A stretch of DNA of 63,503 nucleotides, the filler included, from Rhabdomonas costata (Eukaryota): assembly GCA_019059605.1 (NCBI GenBank). It is 16 parts of 16 records of this genome, joined end to end, with 100 filler letters (N's around TTAATTAATTAA, not from the genome) between each part and the next. Parts side by side here need not be neighbours in the genome. Positions count along the whole stretch, not along the records: positions 35,805 to 39,651 come from JAHMHO010000481.1; positions 39,752 to 43,600 come from JAHMHO010000482.1; positions 43,701 to 47,546 come from JAHMHO010000483.1; positions 47,647 to 51,492 come from JAHMHO010000484.1; positions 51,593 to 55,613 come from JAHMHO010000485.1; 11 more parts are not named here. The stretch is one strand, 5' to 3'. Below are positions 38,801-51,810 of the stretch, in pieces. The notes under the pieces were generated by a model, which was not told the origin of the DNA, searched no databases, and worked only from the letters and a program-made list of their open reading frames with translations. Both the position numbers and the translations under genes were made by a program. The first letter of the stretch is position 1; every line of letters begins with the position of its first letter.

Positions 38801-39509
38801 ACCCCTCCCCCCCCCCCCGCTCTTACACCTGAACTATACTTCCATTATGTATAGATTCTTTTTGGACTTTTGATCAGTTGCACAGACATGTTCCTGTCAG
38901 ACAATAGACCCATTCGTCCGTGCGGTACGGGGCAATGGTTGGGGGGGGGGGGCGATAACGGCCACCACTGGTAACGGTAATTTTTTCTTTGGGAGCATAT
39001 TTTAAAAAGTCACCCCAGGTCACTGTCGCGCACATCCGAAGCGCCTTATCCAGCAGTAGCCTTCAGCTGCTTAGGAAAAAATCATCTACGGGGCACTGGA
39101 AAAGTCTACCTAACCCCCTTACACAAAAAGAAAGCCATTTCGAGAGTCCTGGCATGTTTTACCACCACCGTTTTTAAGCTTATTTTAGCAAAAGTATTGA
39201 GGCAGTTTTTTCTTACCACTGGTAAAGGCAACCCAAAAAAATCCTTCCATTGATCCGTTTACACACAATACACGCTCGCATGGTATCGGGGTTTGCTGAG
39301 GTCGTTTTCGTGTTTGGGCACTCCATCATGCCGTGCAGCTTCTGCCGCCCCCGGTCCTGCACCAGTTCCCGTTCCGGTTCCCGTTCCCCTTCCGATGGGC
39401 TGCAAGGTGGGTGGCGTCGCGGTGGGCTCCGGGGAGAGCGTGTGCGTGAACGGCACGGAGCACGTTTGCTCCGGAACGGCGCTGCTGCCCACCAACCTGC
39501 CGTGCCAAG
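35855..39509 (+). CDS. Modular Cys-rich extracellular/surface protein, internal fragment
   Basis: Exons 35855-36103, 36581-36832, 37312-37449, 37952-38071, 38296-38418 and 39339-39509 are all multiples of 3 with phase-1 boundaries. They encode three module types, each present twice, with several NxS/T sequons. Confidence 0.82.
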
Positions 39510-39807
39510 GCACGCCCGTGCGCGTGTGCCCATGCTCCAAATTCTTCGATGAAATCAAGGGAGATATTATTGCAAAGCTGGAAATAAATAGCCGGTTGAA
39601 ATGGACAATAAAATTGTGAAACTCAGTGCTTCCATTGTGCCCTCGTCAAAANNNNNNNNNNNNNNNNNNNNNNNNNNNNNNNNNNNNNNNNNNNNTTAAT
39701 TAATTAANNNNNNNNNNNNNNNNNNNNNNNNNNNNNNNNNNNNNNNNNNNNGTGGTGTTGTACAGGGCCTGAGACATGCCGTGCGTGTGTGTGTGGGGGG
39801 GGGTAAC

Positions 39808-40830
39808 CTTTAGCTCAGGACAGCTTCGCGCAACTTCCAGTACAGCCAGGATGCCCTTGCCCCCTGCAGCATACAATTGCACGTGCAGTGGGGGGGGGGG
39901 GAGGGGCAATGCCCGCATGATAACTCATAATCTTCGGGGCGAAAGGACCAATATGCACTTCAGGAGAGAAGGTCGTGTGGGAGAAGCTGCTCACCCTTGT
40001 GGACAAAGCGAAACAAAAAGAGAGTAAAACGCGACAAAGAAAAAGCGCCGAGCTCCGAGAAGTCCGACAGAAAGAAACAAAGGAAGGAAAGGTGCATCAC
40101 ATGCAAGAAATCAGCAGAATACCAGGGAGGATTGTGAAGAGGGATGTTTCCAAAATGGGATGTGACGACGACAGCAGTGTGTGGGGAAAGGGAACAAACC
40201 CACATAGTTGTGGGACAGGTCGATCTCGGTGAGGGGTCCTGATACATGTCCAATCTGCGCGCCACAAAAGTGGCTCAAATTTCACCACCCCAAGGAGTTC
40301 TAGATTACAGAGACAACTGCAATTGCACTGAGAGCAGATGATGAACCGTCACCGTTTTACTTTTTCTGGGAGGTGAGGATGACCCCCGACCTCTGTGGGG
40401 GGGGGGGTCAAGGTTACCCCACTCGCTACCAGATATGGAACATCACCATTCAATGGGTGAGTTGGATCACCCGTCAGATACTACCCGGGGAATATTTGGT
40501 GCAACCCCCATAAAGTAAGGGCACATAAAAACCACAGAAAATCACAAGAAGCAGTGCAACACACTCTCAAAATACCAGAGCTCCCCCCTAATGCTGAGGA
40601 AACAGCCTATCATTTTGGCCTAAGGTTACGGCTCCGCCTGGTTGTCTGGAGTTGCTCAATATAACCCTTTGAATGTTATATGCATCCCCACACCCCTCAG
40701 CCTTCCGCCCCCACACCAGCACACACACTCGAAACCTCATATGACCCACCTGCTTGGAGAAAACAGCATTTGGCTTGCAGCCCACCCTTTTGCAGTCGCT
40801 CAGATAAAGGTCACTCAGTGACGAAGACAT
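39808..40830 (-). CDS. Leucine-rich-repeat protein (RNI-like), N-terminal part
   Basis: Exons 40830-40750, 40254-40200 and 39863-39808 give MSSSLSDLYLSDCKRVGCKPNAVFSKQ-IGHVSGPLTEIDLSHNYV-GGKGILAVLEVARSCPELK. Confidence 0.83.
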
Positions 40831-42037
40831 GCCAGCAACAACGAAAAAAGAAAATTCTCTGCGGAAGGTAACGCTCTTAAATGAGAGAGAGAGAGAGACA
40901 GATCAGGTCGGGTTACAATGGCAAGGCAGAAGACCATCCTATGCAGTCATGTCCAGTCTTAGCACTCCAAAAAAGAGCATAGCATCGACGCCATTGGGTG
41001 TGAGAGTTCATGGAACTGCGCTGGCTGTAAGCCACTTCCACTGGAGCTGCTGAAGTTCAGTTTGCAATTGAATCAGCAGAAGGACAGGGCGGCACATGGT
41101 AGATTGAAGTAGGTTAGACAGGAAATGATGGGTTTCATCGGAATGGCAGGCAAAGGGAGGCCGCCTCACCTCAAAATAAGCTTCATGAATCTGTAGGAAT
41201 CAGAAAAAATTCCGGGAAAGTCTCTGCGACTCGAGCGAGCCTAGTCAAAGGCACAGAGTCGGTCAAGCAACTGGAGGCCCACCCTGGAACTCTTCCGGCA
41301 CCGCCACGAACCCCCACCAGCACAAGCATGCAGTCAACAAGTGTACACACGGGACGGACAAAAAATGGGGGGAGGCGACCAACCAGTCACAGGTAGAAGG
41401 GCATGTGAACAGCAACCGCCCTCCTGCCCAGAACTATCGTATCCTCAGGGTGGTGCCGCTTAAAGCATTACAAAATCAAAGCGCCGAGTAAGCGCTCCAG
41501 TGCTGGAAAAGGGATCACGGGGGGGGGGATTCTATCCAAATGTTGGAAAATCGACGCTGTCTGCGCCGCCACTCTGAAGACAAGTGGCGGGAGTAGAAAA
41601 GACATGAGAAGGGCGGTATAAAAGCAGGTATACAGCAGCCATATGCGAAGCCAAAGCCACATTCGGTTCGGACGGCTGTATAAAACTTTCACATCGAAAA
41701 ATGAGTAGGCAAGCGAGAGCACAGCACAGCGCGACACAGCAAAAGCACTGCACGGCAACAGTACAGGAATACAAGCGTAACTCTGCTCTTCGGGTTCAAA
41801 GTGGGACACCGGAGGGCACGGCCGCAGCACCACGAAGCTTGCCTGAGGCCAGCCACGCCAACGGAGTCTCCGAAAGCTCCAAGTCCGAGGGAAGAGGAGG
41901 CAGCCGAGCCTCCAGAATCTTTTTTGAGAGGGTTCAATGCTGGGAAAGACCTTACCTCGCACAACCTCCCCATGCTTGGCCTCCCATGCTTCGTGCTCTT
42001 TGCTTTCAAGTGAGACCACTGCACCATACGGTAGATG

Positions 42038-43488
42038 TCATAATTGTCGCAATCCACGACCCTGTATCAGCTGAACTTCTCTTCCTTTAACCCGGTAAAA
42101 CTGAAGTACAGGCAAAAAGAGGGACAGGTGAGAGTGAAAGGTCCGCACCGACTGTAGCCACTTCGCTGCGCGATCGACTGGCTTGGAGAGCAGATGGCTG
42201 ACCAGCAGGCTGGCAGCAAGCTCGCGCTCTCCGGCCCGCGCGGCAGCGAAAGCCCTGCGCCACTCGCCAAACTCGTCCGCAGCCCCCTCCTGGGAGATGG
42301 TGGCAGGAAGAACCAACGCGCCCTCACACGTGCTTCAATAGCAGCAACACAGGTGTACGGCAAATTTTCGGCTCAGAAAACCTCGTCCTCCAAAACCAAT
42401 GCAACCTCAAGAGGTCGGCGTTGGATCGGGTCCAGACTCAAAACGAGAGGAGAAGGGATCATCATCATCATCACCCCGCCGAAAAGACGCGATGTGGTGA
42501 AACCTAGGAAACGGGCTAACATCACCAACGTCGCCTGCCCCACCCAACCAAGCACACAGCATTGTTTTTACAGACTTGGGGGGATCCTGCGATAATTTAA
42601 GAGAGGAATTGGGAGGGGGGAGCGATGCAGCAGGAGACGTACACAAAGCACGGAGTACATCCACTCAGAATCCGGCATTCGCTTCCGGTTGCACAGCTCG
42701 TGTACGACCACCCGAGCGGGAGTACTATCTGGGCGCAGCCAACACACCTGTGGGGAGGCACGCAGACGAGAACGCCCTAGGAAAGACAAGAGATTACGGC
42801 AGAGTTGAAATTGTCCTCAAAAAGCACTTCAACTGTGAGAACTGCATGCGCACCAGAAGCAACGCTGCTGTTGGGAAGGAATTAAACTTGGTGTTTCTTT
42901 CCGCAAACCTCATCGTCCGAAAAAAAAATGAAGATTTGCGGTAAGACGTTTTTGTGAGAATGGAAGGCTCCAATGGGCCTTGTCAGAGATTTTCGGAAGA
43001 AATAAAGATAATTTTCATCCAGAGGCAACGCTTGCCATCCAACAACATGCCCTGCGCAATGCCCCGTGCGCAGAAAACCTGTCCTCTTGTCCAACCGACC
43101 CCGACAACGGGACAAACGGATGAAACGGATGCAGCTACCAAATTGTCACACTGCCAACACACACACACACACACCACATCAAGTGGCCGGGTGAGGAATG
43201 TGTACTGCACTGTCCGGCACACGGTGTCATCCACCACGGCCTCCACGGCAGCCTCCGCGGCGACCTCCAGCAAGCTGCGGCACACCTCCACTGCCGAGCT
43301 GACGGTCACCTGTGACCACCCTCCATTTACCTCATGTTTTTCCCAGCAGGAGGGAACGTGAAAAGAAAGTGAAAAAGACAAGAAGCACAAACCTCAAAGC
43401 CGGGGGTTGTGGTGCTTTGGGGCGCAGAACTGCAGGCGGCCAGCTGAAGGGTGACCCCGTGGCGCCCGAGCTGGTGGCTGAAGACCCC
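42038..43488 (-). CDS. Multi-exon hypothetical protein, 5' partial
   Basis: Phase-consistent GT-AG exons 43309-43178, 42747-42659, 42436-42406 and 42289-42149, plus a probable exon starting at 43488. The terminal exon is uncertain and no family was recognised. Confidence 0.6.
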
Positions 43489-44083
43489 CTGTGCATGCAA
43501 AGTGTGTGTGTGGGAGGGGGGCTGCACATGCAAGCGCAAGTTCTCTGAGGACAGTGAACGCATTTCTCGCGACATAAAAAAGCAACCAGCCACCGCCGAT
43601 NNNNNNNNNNNNNNNNNNNNNNNNNNNNNNNNNNNNNNNNNNNNTTAATTAATTAANNNNNNNNNNNNNNNNNNNNNNNNNNNNNNNNNNNNNNNNNNNN
43701 GTGTTTGCGTTGATGAGCAAGCAGTTGCTAAGGCTAAGTTTGCTAAGTAGTTTCATCGTATTTGGGCTGCAGATGGGGTTTGAAGCAGAGGCTTTTGCTA
43801 TTATTGAATATGAAGCAAAAGGAAGAGCAGTCGAATTCGGTGAGTTATGCGAAGCAGTCTCTAAATAGGCATCGAGTGGTGTTTTCGCATGGCGTATCCA
43901 CCTGAACGGTCGCGGTTACTTCCGCCATTCCAAGGCTGCTGCGGCAGTTCCATCCCTGATCGAAGCAGCTGTCAAAAGATGATACATGTTCACGATGAAT
44001 CTCAAGCGTTTGCTAATCTGTGTGCCCTTGGCATTTTTTGGTCTCTCTCTTCCTTTTCCGTTTTCGCCTTGCGTCTGGCCCAG

Positions 44084-45655
44084 ATGGCCTTCCTGGTGGC
44101 CCCGCTGTGCTACCTCTTCCCTGACGATGCGGAGCTGTACTTCGCGTTTCGGGCGTGGTTCTGCCGGGTCTGGGTCACTGTGGGAGGGGGCGGGGGAGGC
44201 CTCGCCCTACAGGGCCTGCGCCTGCACCGGGACTCCCGGCCAGAAGAGGTGCAGGGGCCACCTCAGCAGCAGCACCATTACCCCCACCTCAGCCTGGACC
44301 CGGCACCCTTGCTGCCCTGTGCGGCCCTGCTGGAGGCCCTGGCACTAGCTCGGCTTCCGCAAGTGTGCTCGGCCCTTGAACCCCCCTATACTCCCACATC
44401 CTCCGGCACCTTGCCCGCCGTGACATTCTCATATTGTAGGTAGGTGAGATTGGTGAGCTGCTATGCGAAGATACCATTGGTATCCCTCCAGTTCCAACCC
44501 GACCTGGGGCCTTCCGGACCCAAGGTGACAATATTTTCCCCCTGATTTTATATTTCGCAGTCAGCTGTCCTACTATTCATTCGTCTCTGTCGTCTTTCTG
44601 CTATGGCTTTCTGTTTTGAAGGAGGGGGCATGGGTTTGGGTGCACGGCGGAGTGGAGCAAGGAAGGAAGCTGCTGCAGCTTTGGACCGGAGGGAGTTGGC
44701 GAATTCAGTCCCGACCGCAGGGGGATGGGACAGGAGGAATATATCTGCTGCTCTCCTTGTGTTATTTGCGAGGTGGTTGAGGGATACTGCCCCCTATCCG
44801 TAGCTTCCCATCCGAATCCGTAGCTAGGCACAGATCCCAAGTGGTGAGAGACTTCCACGACGCACCCCAGCTCTGCTGCATATGTTGCTGCGTTTATCCC
44901 TCTCTATTGATCCTTTCGCAGCTGGGTACGCGTTGTCGTTGCGAAAGTGGGCAATTGATTTATGCAGCATTTACCAAAATTTGCAAACCACTCATTATTG
45001 CAAGTAACTTTTAAGCTTTTAAGCTTTTAAGCTTTTAACCGGTTATACGAAGCGGTGCGTTTTGTTCAGATAAGTTTATGCCTTGTTTTCCGAATGCTTC
45101 ACGCGCTTTTCTCACTAGCATTGGGCCACGCCCAATGGTTTTTCTGTACTCTCTGTTTGCAGGCGTATTTCTACTGTTCGGTGCAGCTGGGGGCTCCCTT
45201 GCTGCCCGCAGGCCTGCGGTGGATGTGCACCGGCTTTGCAGAGGTGCTTGAGCCCCAGCAGACGCTCTGTCTGTGGGACCGCGTGTTGGGGTTTGACTCC
45301 ACGGCGATTTTACCTGTGCTGGTATGGGTGCCCTGTCGTATGTGACTGCTTCGCTAAATTATTCTGTCGGTTTCTAATTTTTCCAACAGATCATTCCTCG
45401 TATCTTGGGATTGACTGTGCTGCCAACCTGCCGACCAACGCAACAAAAAAAAGACAGTGTTTTATGGTTACACCCTCGGATTGCGTTCTCGGATTGTCTA
45501 TGCAGGCGGCGGCAGTGTTGTCCTGGCGAGCCCAGGCTGTCACTCAGTGCTCCACACCCGCAGAGGTCGGGGAGGTGCTGGGCGATTTCTCGAAGCTGGA
45601 GGTTGTGCCGCTTCTGCAGCAGTTCCTGTTTCTGCCTGCAGCGGCGGATGGATAG
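44084..45655 (+). CDS. TBC1D19: TBC1 domain family member 19-like Rab-GAP domain protein, C-terminal part
   Basis: Exons 44084-44362, 45163-45321 and 45506-45655 give VAPLCYLF...LYFAFR; LRWMCTGFAEVL...LWDRVLGFDSTAILPVL-AAAVLSWR...EVLGDFSKLEVVPLLQQFLF. This matches the TBC1D19 C-terminus as I recall it. Confidence 0.85.
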
Positions 45656-46670
45656 CCGTGCGAAAGCGTCCCCGTGGCGTTCCCGTTGATGCGCAAAACG
45701 CCTTCACGGCCGCGGACTTCGCGAAGCTGCTGTTGAGTCGTGTCGATCTTCAGGACTTTAGTCGGCGGCGGATACGGACGGTGGAGGTCGCTGTGAACGG
45801 CCGGATGAGAATGGTTTCTTCTGCCAGACAATCGGGCAGCAGTCGACACTATCTTCTGATGGGATGTGGTGAGGACGCTGTTACAGTGCCCTTCTCCTCT
45901 GCGCGTTCCGTTAAGGTGGTTTTTGGTTTTGACATTTCTTGTGGTGTAGGACCCTTTGTGTTGGTCTGTGCCGTGCTGCTTGAGTTGCTGCTTTCGACAG
46001 CAGTTGATCGGAAAGCACTGCTTGCTTGCGACTCCGCAGTTTTGTCCAGTCGCTAAAAACATATCACCATGGACATTTTTATTTCATGAACTAATAAATT
46101 TTAAATGGCGCAATTTGGCAAACAAACGCAGAAGTAGCAGACAAATAATTACCACTAAAACACATCGAAAAACTCGATTTGTCAACCTGCTCTCTCTCGA
46201 TGCCACGCCATTATGCTTGATAATTTGGCCAAAATCGAAGGAATTCAAAATCCGCAAAAGTTCAGAAACACAGCCAGCATTCTACTGCACATTGGATGAC
46301 ATCATTGCAAAAAATGCTCAAATGTTCCCCCCCCCAAAAAAAAATCGGTATTAAGTGGAAAAGTGTTCCTGCTTTGGCACTGCCACGACAAAGGATACGA
46401 TTCGTGAAATAAAAATGTTCACGGCGATTTATTTCATATTTGTTGGCCTTAGCCTGAACGAATCCGTCTTTTGGCAGTGGTGACTTCTATGAGTATCGGA
46501 TTCCTGATCAAGGAGGAGAGGAATCTTTGGAATGCATTTAGTGGAATGCTGAGTCAATGCGCACTCGTTGCTGGTTGTTGTGCTGCTGACAATTTGTGAG
46601 CTTTTCAGTTCCTGTGTTCCGTAAACACGGCAGGGCTTTCAAGCCCCCCTCCCTGTGTTGCTGTAACAGA

Positions 46671-47492
46671 ATGGTGCGAGAAGGCAGATTGGCAGAGCAC
46701 TCGCCGCGAGCGAATGGAACGAGGCGACGAGCAGAGGTGTTGTTTTCTCCACCGTCCCACGCACGTGATCGCACTTGTGGAATATTACACTGAAGAACAC
46801 ACGCAAACCGAAGAATAAATACATGTGCACCAACATAATGGGAGGCCCTGGTGATTAATGGGGACGCCCCCCCCCCAGTTAAGTTTTACGGCCCCTACAG
46901 GGTCAGCGTCTCGCCCACCTATTAGAACACGACAGAAGACCTCGAACGGGGTTAGGGACCGATGCACTTATCTCCTGGCATCCTAACCTTGGGTTCGCAA
47001 AATGCACCTACGATTGGGACAGACCCTTGAACTTCGCAAAATGCACCTACGATTGGGACAGACCCTTGAACTGAGTCTTCGAGGGGTGTTGTCCAATCGG
47101 GCGCTTCTCGGCTCTTGTCTCAGGGCGTTCGGTACCAGCCCGTGTATGTCGGCTTGGGTGAGCTCGTTGTGGACTACAAGATCCAGGTGCGCACTGCCGT
47201 CACCGGCGATGGCTCTCCCTCCATTAAGCGGCGCAAGCTTCCGTTTGGTGGCACCGCACCAGATCCCCCGCCACGCTCGCTGTCTTTGGAAGCCACAGTT
47301 TCACCCGCGGCGGTGGCCACGGCAGTGCCCTCTCCACCCGCGGGGCCCATGGCTCTGCCACAGCAGAGTGGCTCCTCGGAGCCGATGGCGGAATGCTCCT
47401 CCTCGCAGGAGGTCCATCCTCCTGCTCCCCTGGGCACATCCGCAAGTCCGCCGCAGCCGATCAGCTCCTCTGACAACGAAGGCCGAGAAATG
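46671..47492 (+). CDS. Hypothetical Pro/Ser-rich protein with NLS-like KRRK, N-terminal part
   Basis: CAG-a-ATG at 46671. Exon 46671-46736 joins exon 47124-47492 in phase 0. Confidence 0.5.
46994..47071. repeat. Perfect 39-bp tandem duplication (intronic)
   Basis: ttcgcaaaatgcacctacgattgggacagacccttgaac occurs twice in tandem. Confidence 0.95.
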
Positions 47493-47957
47493 GTATCCGT
47501 GCACCTGATAGTCATGAATCTGACACCTACTCATATCCACACAACCNNNNNNNNNNNNNNNNNNNNNNNNNNNNNNNNNNNNNNNNNNNNTTAATTAATT
47601 AANNNNNNNNNNNNNNNNNNNNNNNNNNNNNNNNNNNNNNNNNNNNGTTGTGGCTCAAATAAGGTGGGTGGTATTAGTTGGTTGGCCGCTTCTGGGCCTC
47701 GGACTCCTCTACGCCGAGTTTTTTTTTCGGGGGGGGGTCAATTTGGGCCGTAGTTAAAGGCATTTTCGACTTCGTCGCATTTTCAAAGCATGGGGAGTTG
47801 CTACAAAGAAAGTTAGGTACAGTTAGGTACAAGTGTGAGTGCGTTAAATGTCTTCCTTTCATTAAAGTATTCCGCAGCACCTGTTTTCTCGTCTCAACTG
47901 GATGCTGAGGTTCTTGCTGCAGCGCTTTGTGCTGTCCAGTGGATTTTTATTCTACAG

Positions 47958-48653
47958 GTCGCGCAGCACCTGAGGGCCTACCTGGAGGCTGAGGCGGAGG
48001 CTGAAGCCCCTGTGGCTTCCCCGTCCCCTGTGGTCCACCAGGGTTGCTTCTGCGCGGGGTGCCAGACGAAACAGCCCATTGCTGGTATGCAATGAGTGCA
48101 ACGCGACGAAGTTTTGACCATTTGGAGGTTCCTTCGCCTGGATCCACTTTGCGGGTTGGCACATTGTTGCCTTGGACTCTTGACCGGGGCAGGGGACGGG
48201 GCTCCAAGGATAAATAGCGATTGTCTTTGTTTCTGTGCTAAGCAGAGCGCCGCCCCTTTCCGCCGTCAACGTACAGCGTTCCCCCAGTCCGTCTATGCAC
48301 TACTAAGCAATTAGTGTTTTTTAGAGGGAAGAGGGGCTTCAAAGTCGCTGATCAACTATTTTCCGGGATGGGGATGGGGCAAGTTCTCTTGCTCAACGAC
48401 TTTCGATTGTGTATAGCTCAGTAGTGATCACTATTCAGCTGAATAGTGACTATGAATAGTGTGTGTGTGGTGGTCCTCAGCGCGTTGCTCCTTGCCCGTA
48501 CTTTGCTCATCAGGGGTGCTGTACAGATGCATCCACTGCTTCCCTCCTGCCCGTGAGTTGTTCGAGCTCTGCCACGCCTGCGAGGCCAAGGAGGCGGCGG
48601 TGCCGAGCCACCCCACGGGCCACGTCTTCAAGCCCTACACTGCCCCCGAGTGA
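47958..48653 (+). CDS. ZZ-type zinc finger protein, C-terminal part
   Basis: Exons 47958-48084 and 48514-48653 give HQGCFCAGCQTKQPIA-GVLYRCIHC...FELCHACE...HPTGHVF. Confidence 0.87.
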
Positions 48654-49954
48654 GCCTCAAGTGAGAGAATTAGGGAACGAGGGAGAGAGGGAGATGGGTA
48701 ACTTTTGTCCTCCTGCCTTCACACCTCTGAAGTGCGGAAAGTTGGAGAGGTCGTATAAATCTGGGGGTAAATCTGGGTAAATTGCATTTGGTGTCGCTTT
48801 GCGAATGTGGCGCTTTTGGGGGAATGGTGTGTATCACTGTGGTATCCGTTTTGTATGCTCATTCACCTCCGTCGCCTTGCCCTGCCTTATCGTGCCTTAC
48901 ATTGTCTTGCCTTGTTTTCGGTTTGCTGTTGGCTTACATTGTGCTATGCCCTTCGGCTGACTGCATCTCTGATGACACCTGTGTTTTTTTCAATGCGGAC
49001 TTCAACAGAATTATATCCCAAGAAGAGCTGTTTGAGAAATCCACAGGGTACTGTACTGTATTTATACAATCCCACAATCCCAAATACCCTTTCTGTGGCA
49101 GTTTCGGAACCTTGAGAATAATTTAACATGCCGTTTGGCCGTATCCGATCAGCAACGTACCAAAACTTCCGTTTTGCCTGAGTACAAGAAAGAAAGCTTT
49201 TCCCAAACCCTTTATGCCCTGCAAATGCCGGGCATTGCACAGATGAGGGGGCGGGGCGTGCGTCTGTCAGTCAGTGCAGGCATCGAAAATTGTGGCCACG
49301 AATCGTTGTAGAGGGAACACTATGGTGAGTAACTTCGGAAAACAGAGTTTGTCATTCCTTGTGGACGACTTGTGGGCCTCGCCTTTCTTTGCATCTGGGA
49401 AAATCGGAAGGGAAATCCATGGTTGGAATGCCTGTCCAATCATGCTGCTGCACCATCGCAGTTGCTGAGCCGTGCAGCTCTCCTGATGTTTCTGATATCG
49501 TATTGCTTGGGGATGAGTTTGGTGAAAACGTGCGGCCAGCTGAGTCTCGTCACTTGGATCTGCCATTGGTGTCCCACCAGGGCTCCGGTTCCCAAAGGGG
49601 CCTTCCACGAAGATGCCCTTGATGTGGGCGATGTATGTTTTGTTGGTTCCGGTGCAGTGCAAAAAAATGCACTGTATTGTAAGAGGAGAGCCAACCCGAA
49701 ACAGGATTGGGGTCTTTTCTACATATTGCAAAAAGAAAAGAGAACCTCAAAATTATTCCCCACTTTGCCCTTTGCTCGCGATGACTCGATTCAGTATGGA
49801 TTTCACCGCTCCTGTGCGTGCTCGTAAACGCCTCCGCATGCACACTTTTCTCAGCCTCGCGTGTTCTGATGCAAGGGCTCAACGGTGGGCTGGTGACGAT
49901 TGAACTTCCTTTCCGTTAACATTAGGCGAGCGGCCGTCCTTTTCTCAGACAAAG

Positions 49955-50186
49955 ATGGCTGCCGTGATCTGGCAATCCCAGGACCCCAGGAATAAGGTGT
50001 GGATGCCCTACGACGAACAAAACACCGCCATCTTAGAGGAGGCTTTCCAGCGGGGGGACCCGACGTGCGAAGTGAAGATCCACTCTCTGAGCTTTGTGGT
50101 GGACTTTGGGGCTCAGCGGCAGAGGAATCAAACTGGAGGGTCTCGTCGCATCAAGCGGGTTGTGGAGGCCTTTGCGGAATCTTCAG
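49955..50186 (+). CDS. WWE-domain protein, first exon
   Basis: MAAVIWQSQD..KVWMPYDEQNTAILEEAFQRG...FVVDFGAQRQRNQTGGSRRIKR, followed by a GT donor at 50187. Confidence 0.87.
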
Positions 50187-51596
50187 GTCAGCGACCGGAT
50201 GTGTGCCTGTGCTTTCGTGTTTTCTGTGGTCCCAAAGCGTTGTCTGTGTGTGGAGCGTTGTGTGTGTGTGTGTGTGTGTGCCGTTAAGATGGAGGCGAGA
50301 ATCACGGCCACAAGGGGAACAATGTCAACGCAAGACCGGAAGAGAATGCGCAAAGCTTTTTCCTCGAGATGTGGTGATGATCCCACGCATAATCCCTGCG
50401 CCGTCTATGCCTCTGCGGGTAGCGTGTTGATGCCACGCCAACTTCCGCCCACTGCTAATCCTACCAGGGGATGTTGGGGCATACCATAACCCGGTGACGA
50501 GGGCATCTACAACCTAGCCCCCTGTAACCATCCATGGCGGTTGAAGGAAGTTGGCGATAGCGTTGTGACGACAAGAATACGTGTGGCTATGTTTGTAACT
50601 CGCTGCGCTCCTCCGGTGCATCTCAGCATCGTTACTGACTGGTCCGTCGGTCCTCCCACCACTGCCACTGGTACTGTGCGTAGGGTTGTGGTGGAGTCAC
50701 ATCATAGCGTTACTGGTGGCAACTGGTAGTCTGGAGCAGTGGAGGTTGAGTGCAGAGTGGTGGTGGGTAGCCTTAGCCTCTGCCGTGGCGTCACTGCACC
50801 ACTGGGATGCATCACCTCATGCTACGGTTCGGTTAACATAGCTTGAGTGGTGGTGCCATGCCCTCAGTCCTACGACCCAATGGTACTTCCTAAGACAAAG
50901 CAACATCAGGGGTCACTATGCCACCTCAACCACCAGCATCGAGTGTATGACTCGTGTGACACCAATTTTAGTGGGGATTGCTATGCACTACCACTGCCGG
51001 TCATTTCATCTCATTGCACCACAATGAGCCACTATGCCATCTCGTGTGGGTTGAGTGGAGTTTTTATCCCCTGTGATGGGTTTCCGCGGCTTAATCACCC
51101 CCCAGCACTGCAACCACAGTGTGACGATGACTAACACATGAACCTCAGGTGTTGAGTTACGCGCTACGTTGCAAAGCCTCACCGTCATACCTGCGTCATC
51201 ACGTGGTTCGTGTTGGTTTGGTCAGTGAAACGAGTGAACTTCCCCGTGAACTTCCACTCAGGTACTACACTGGGATTGGTTGTCGTCCCGGAGCCCAGTA
51301 ACCGCGACACCGCTTAAGGCACAACTCCGGGACACACAACACCAAACCACGCAACCACGACCCCAACCATCGACACCACAACATCCCGAGTCAGGCTATG
51401 CACACACTTGAACCCTTCGCTCATAGTTACAGCCAAGAGCACAACGCGAACCAACGCACCTTACCCAGACACACACCACACCACACACAAAANNNNNNNN
51501 NNNNNNNNNNNNNNNNNNNNNNNNNNNNNNNNNNNNTTAATTAATTAANNNNNNNNNNNNNNNNNNNNNNNNNNNNNNNNNNNNNNNNNNNNTGTG

Positions 51597-51810
51597 TGTG
51601 GGGGGGGTTGGCGTTGGCGGCCAACAGCAGCTCCGCAACCGCGGCATGGCCGTTGTCCGCGGCGTAGTGCAGAGGCGTGTTCCCGCCGGCGTTCGCTGCA
51701 TCCACCAAGGCCTTTGCATTCAGCAGCTTGGTTGCCACGGCGGCATGGCCGTACCACGCGGCGTAGTGGAGTGCAGTGGATTTGCCTGTCGTCCCAGCCT
51801 CGAGTTCGGC
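51597..51810 (-). CDS. Ankyrin-repeat protein exon
   Basis: An AG acceptor at 51812-51811 is followed by STALHYAAWYGHAAVATKLL and NTPLHYAADNGHAAVAELLL. Confidence 0.9.

Noticed and set aside
50490-51480. Compositionally distinct region after the WWE exon, possibly a decayed retroelement or tyrosine-recombinase remnant
   Set aside because: It has only a vague SLxRG-like stretch, with no sustained ORF or terminal repeats. I cannot support a call without a search.
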